Source: Hormiphora californensis (taxonomy: Eukaryota > Animalia > Ctenophora). Taken from it: a stretch of DNA of 64,000 nucleotides. The stretch lies in contig CM035354.1 of assembly GCA_020137815.1 (NCBI GenBank), positions 7,874,001 to 7,938,000 on the forward strand, written 5' to 3'. The notes beneath the pieces are model-generated. The model was not told where the DNA came from. It was given only the letters and a program-made list of their open reading frames with translations, and did not search any database. The position numbers were made by a program, and so were the translations under genes. How positions within the stretch are numbered: the first letter of the stretch is position 1; every line of letters begins with the position of its first letter. This document shows positions 61,661 to 64,000 of this stretch, in pieces.

Positions 61661-63870
61661 TTTTGTTTGATATTCCAAACTATCTTTTGAGCCTTTGTAA
61701 AGTAATGATTAATATTAGTTATTTCAGGTTTATTGTATGGAACAATAAGCTATAAAAAAAGCCCCTGTTTTTGTCTACAAAGCCTGGTTGCTTGGTCATC
61801 GAAGTACAACTTCAACACCTCTGTCGCATTTGGGCGACCCCCTTCGCCGTTGACCACGATAGGCAAAAGAGAAAGGATGCTTTAAAACTTCGAACCAAAG
61901 CCTCTAGTACCCGCCCCCCCGCACTCCCCATTGGCTCATGGAAATGGCATAATCATTTTCATCCAGTTGCTCGGCAGAATAGACACTCGATTAGAGTCGA
62001 TTGATTACCATGACAACGTGTGGCTAAAATACTAACCAGAGGAATTCGTTGTAACAATGTCCTTTCTTTCTATAAAAACTCGGCCTTTAGATTAGAAAAT
62101 ATTGATTTTATTCTACTCGCACTAATGCTAGTTATATAAGTCGGGCTATCTTTAACAGTTTCGGTGCCGTTATTTTTGTCTCTATTTTTAATAGGATTTT
62201 GGGATTAGACTGAAAGTATGGGATCATTTGAGAAGTAGTGAAGATTTGAAACATGTTAGCAACTTGCCGGCTTCGACAAAACTAAACCCATATGATTCCA
62301 AATTCGGGTCGGACGAGAGGGAAAAGCTTGCCTTTTGCGAAAACATAAAGTGAGCGATTTAGCAGAAAGTATAAGCGGGAAGGACAGGAGAAACTAAATG
62401 GAGTTATAGATAATCGCGCAAGTTGTAATCAGTAATGACAGCTGAAGTATTTTGCGGTCCCTAGCTATGCCTACACCGTTCTTTAGAGATTAATATTATT
62501 ACTGCTTTATAGAATCCGAGGGAAATCGTAGTATAAAATTTTGACAAAAACATAAAATTTATAGGGCAATGTAATTCCTTCACATAAAAATTGTGTACTT
62601 AATAGGTCCCACACCATACCACCAAACGAAAGTTTTTTTTGTTTTTTACAAACCAACTCCTATGGGGATATGGTCCGATAATTACGGCATTAATTGGCAC
62701 CTGGTATTTTCAGATATTGGGTCCAAAAATATAAATTCTCTTTTATTGTGCATAGCGAGTAAGAAGAAGAAAATAAGGGCACTAAAACCTGTGTCTAGGA
62801 GTGCCTCGCAGTAGGAGGTGGTGGTTTAGAAGATTACAGTCGCAATAAAAGTATTCACTAATATTAGAATGCATTCATATACTAGGAATAATGAAGATAA
62901 GTGCCGATATACATATTTCTACATCTCTGACTGCGCATAGCCGTTTTTGGCCCATAACGGAATTATTTGCCACGTATTAGGAATGTTTTTTAGAGGACGT
63001 CACCTGGGCCATTTGTAGCCAATTTGGGCCAAAGGTTATGTGAGGCCACCCTCCCGCCGGCGGTCCGAGGTACGGAACTGGTAAGCTCTTCTCCAACACT
63101 TTCACCCGTGCGTTATATTGGCACTCTCATTCTCAATAGGCCGTACATCTAAAAATGAGCAAACGAAAAATATAAAAAAAAAAAATAGAAAATAACAAAC
63201 AGGGTTAAAAAAAAAGAGCTGCCCAATTTTGGAGCACATTTAATTAGCACAAAGAACTGGCTTCTAAACGGTTGGAGATAGAGCTTAACAGTTCGACCCG
63301 GCGACCCCCATAACCACCCCCCCCCCGTATGCGCACCAATTGGCTTACAAAATGAGACACCAGGAAACGTCTCTTAAACCGTTACTAAGTGGTTCGCAAA
63401 TAGCCGTTAGGGCCAAAAAAACGGCTGTTGTCTCCCAATGCGCAGATCTAATTACCCAATTATCTAATTAACCAAATGAGATAGAGACTTTTCACGGGCA
63501 TCTAGCCACCCTAATGTCGAGGACCGCTACACAGTTTAGTGCCCTTATTTTTCTTCTCTACTCATATTCTAAGAGAATTTATATTTTGAGGGACCCATAC
63601 TGAGAATACAGGTGCTAATTAAGGCCATTATCGGAACCCCTTCCCCATGGAGTTGGGTTCCGGTTAAAACTTTCGTTGTGTTAGGGATGGACCTATTATG
63701 TACCATATTTAGTGAAGGAATTACATTGCCCCTATAAATTTTATGTTCAAAGCACGATTTCCTCGGATTAATAGCATTACCACATGTGTACATGACTAGC
63801 GTGTGGTGGGACATGCGGTTAATGGTACTGCAGCCCCTCTAATATATGTGTGGAATATGTGGACTAGATC

Positions 63871-63936
63871 GGGGCAGCGAGAGAGGTGCCTGCAGTGATA
63901 GACTGGGAGGGGCAGCGAGAGAGGTGCCTGCAGTGA
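63871..63936. repeat. Tandem repeat GGGGCAGCGAGAGAGGTGCCTGCAGTGA x2
   Basis: Directly visible duplication. Confidence 0.8.
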
Positions 63937-64000
63937 GAGAGAAATATAACAGCCTCAATATGATCACAGTCCCGGCCGTCAGACGCATATATATATCAAG

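Noticed and set aside
61700-63830. Possible coding or transposon region at the window end
   Set aside because: Only short ORFs without recognisable motifs, no definable termini, and the sequence appears noisy.

Overview
Gene-dense eukaryotic (animal) genomic DNA with short GT-AG introns, many (CT/GA)n microsatellites and CpG-poor background broken by short CpG-rich promoter-like islands. The lineage cannot be established here; a compact-genome invertebrate such as a ctenophore is only a guess. Genes in order: a JmjC/cupin-8 hydroxylase ending in REEL (5' end outside the window); a single-exon class A GPCR; an unknown acidic ORF; a tightly packed minus-strand trio CEBPZ(Mak21/Noc1)-IGBP1(Tap42)-ATP6V1F; a small EGF+TM gene; FAM193; stomatin; CRTC/TORC; POC1; ITPA; and a glypican with a candidate nested gene. 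There are four non-autonomous DNA transposons with readable TIRs/TSDs, including a ~1 kb foldback hairpin, plus a degraded non-LTR RT fragment. Sequence quality is uneven: ~35.0-46.7 kb is homopolymer-smeared and 40.7-46.8 kb is a noisy duplicate of 53.7-60.1 kb, most likely an assembly artefact. The most interesting signal is an operon-like layout (same-strand genes ~170-220 bp apart, with unpaired 3' splice acceptors just upstream of start codons), suggesting polycistronic transcription resolved by spliced-leader trans-splicing. Other highlights are a glypican without Ser-Gly GAG sites in its juxtamembrane region, a tandem duplication of CRTC regulatory exons differing only at synonymous sites, and an ER-retained JmjC enzyme.
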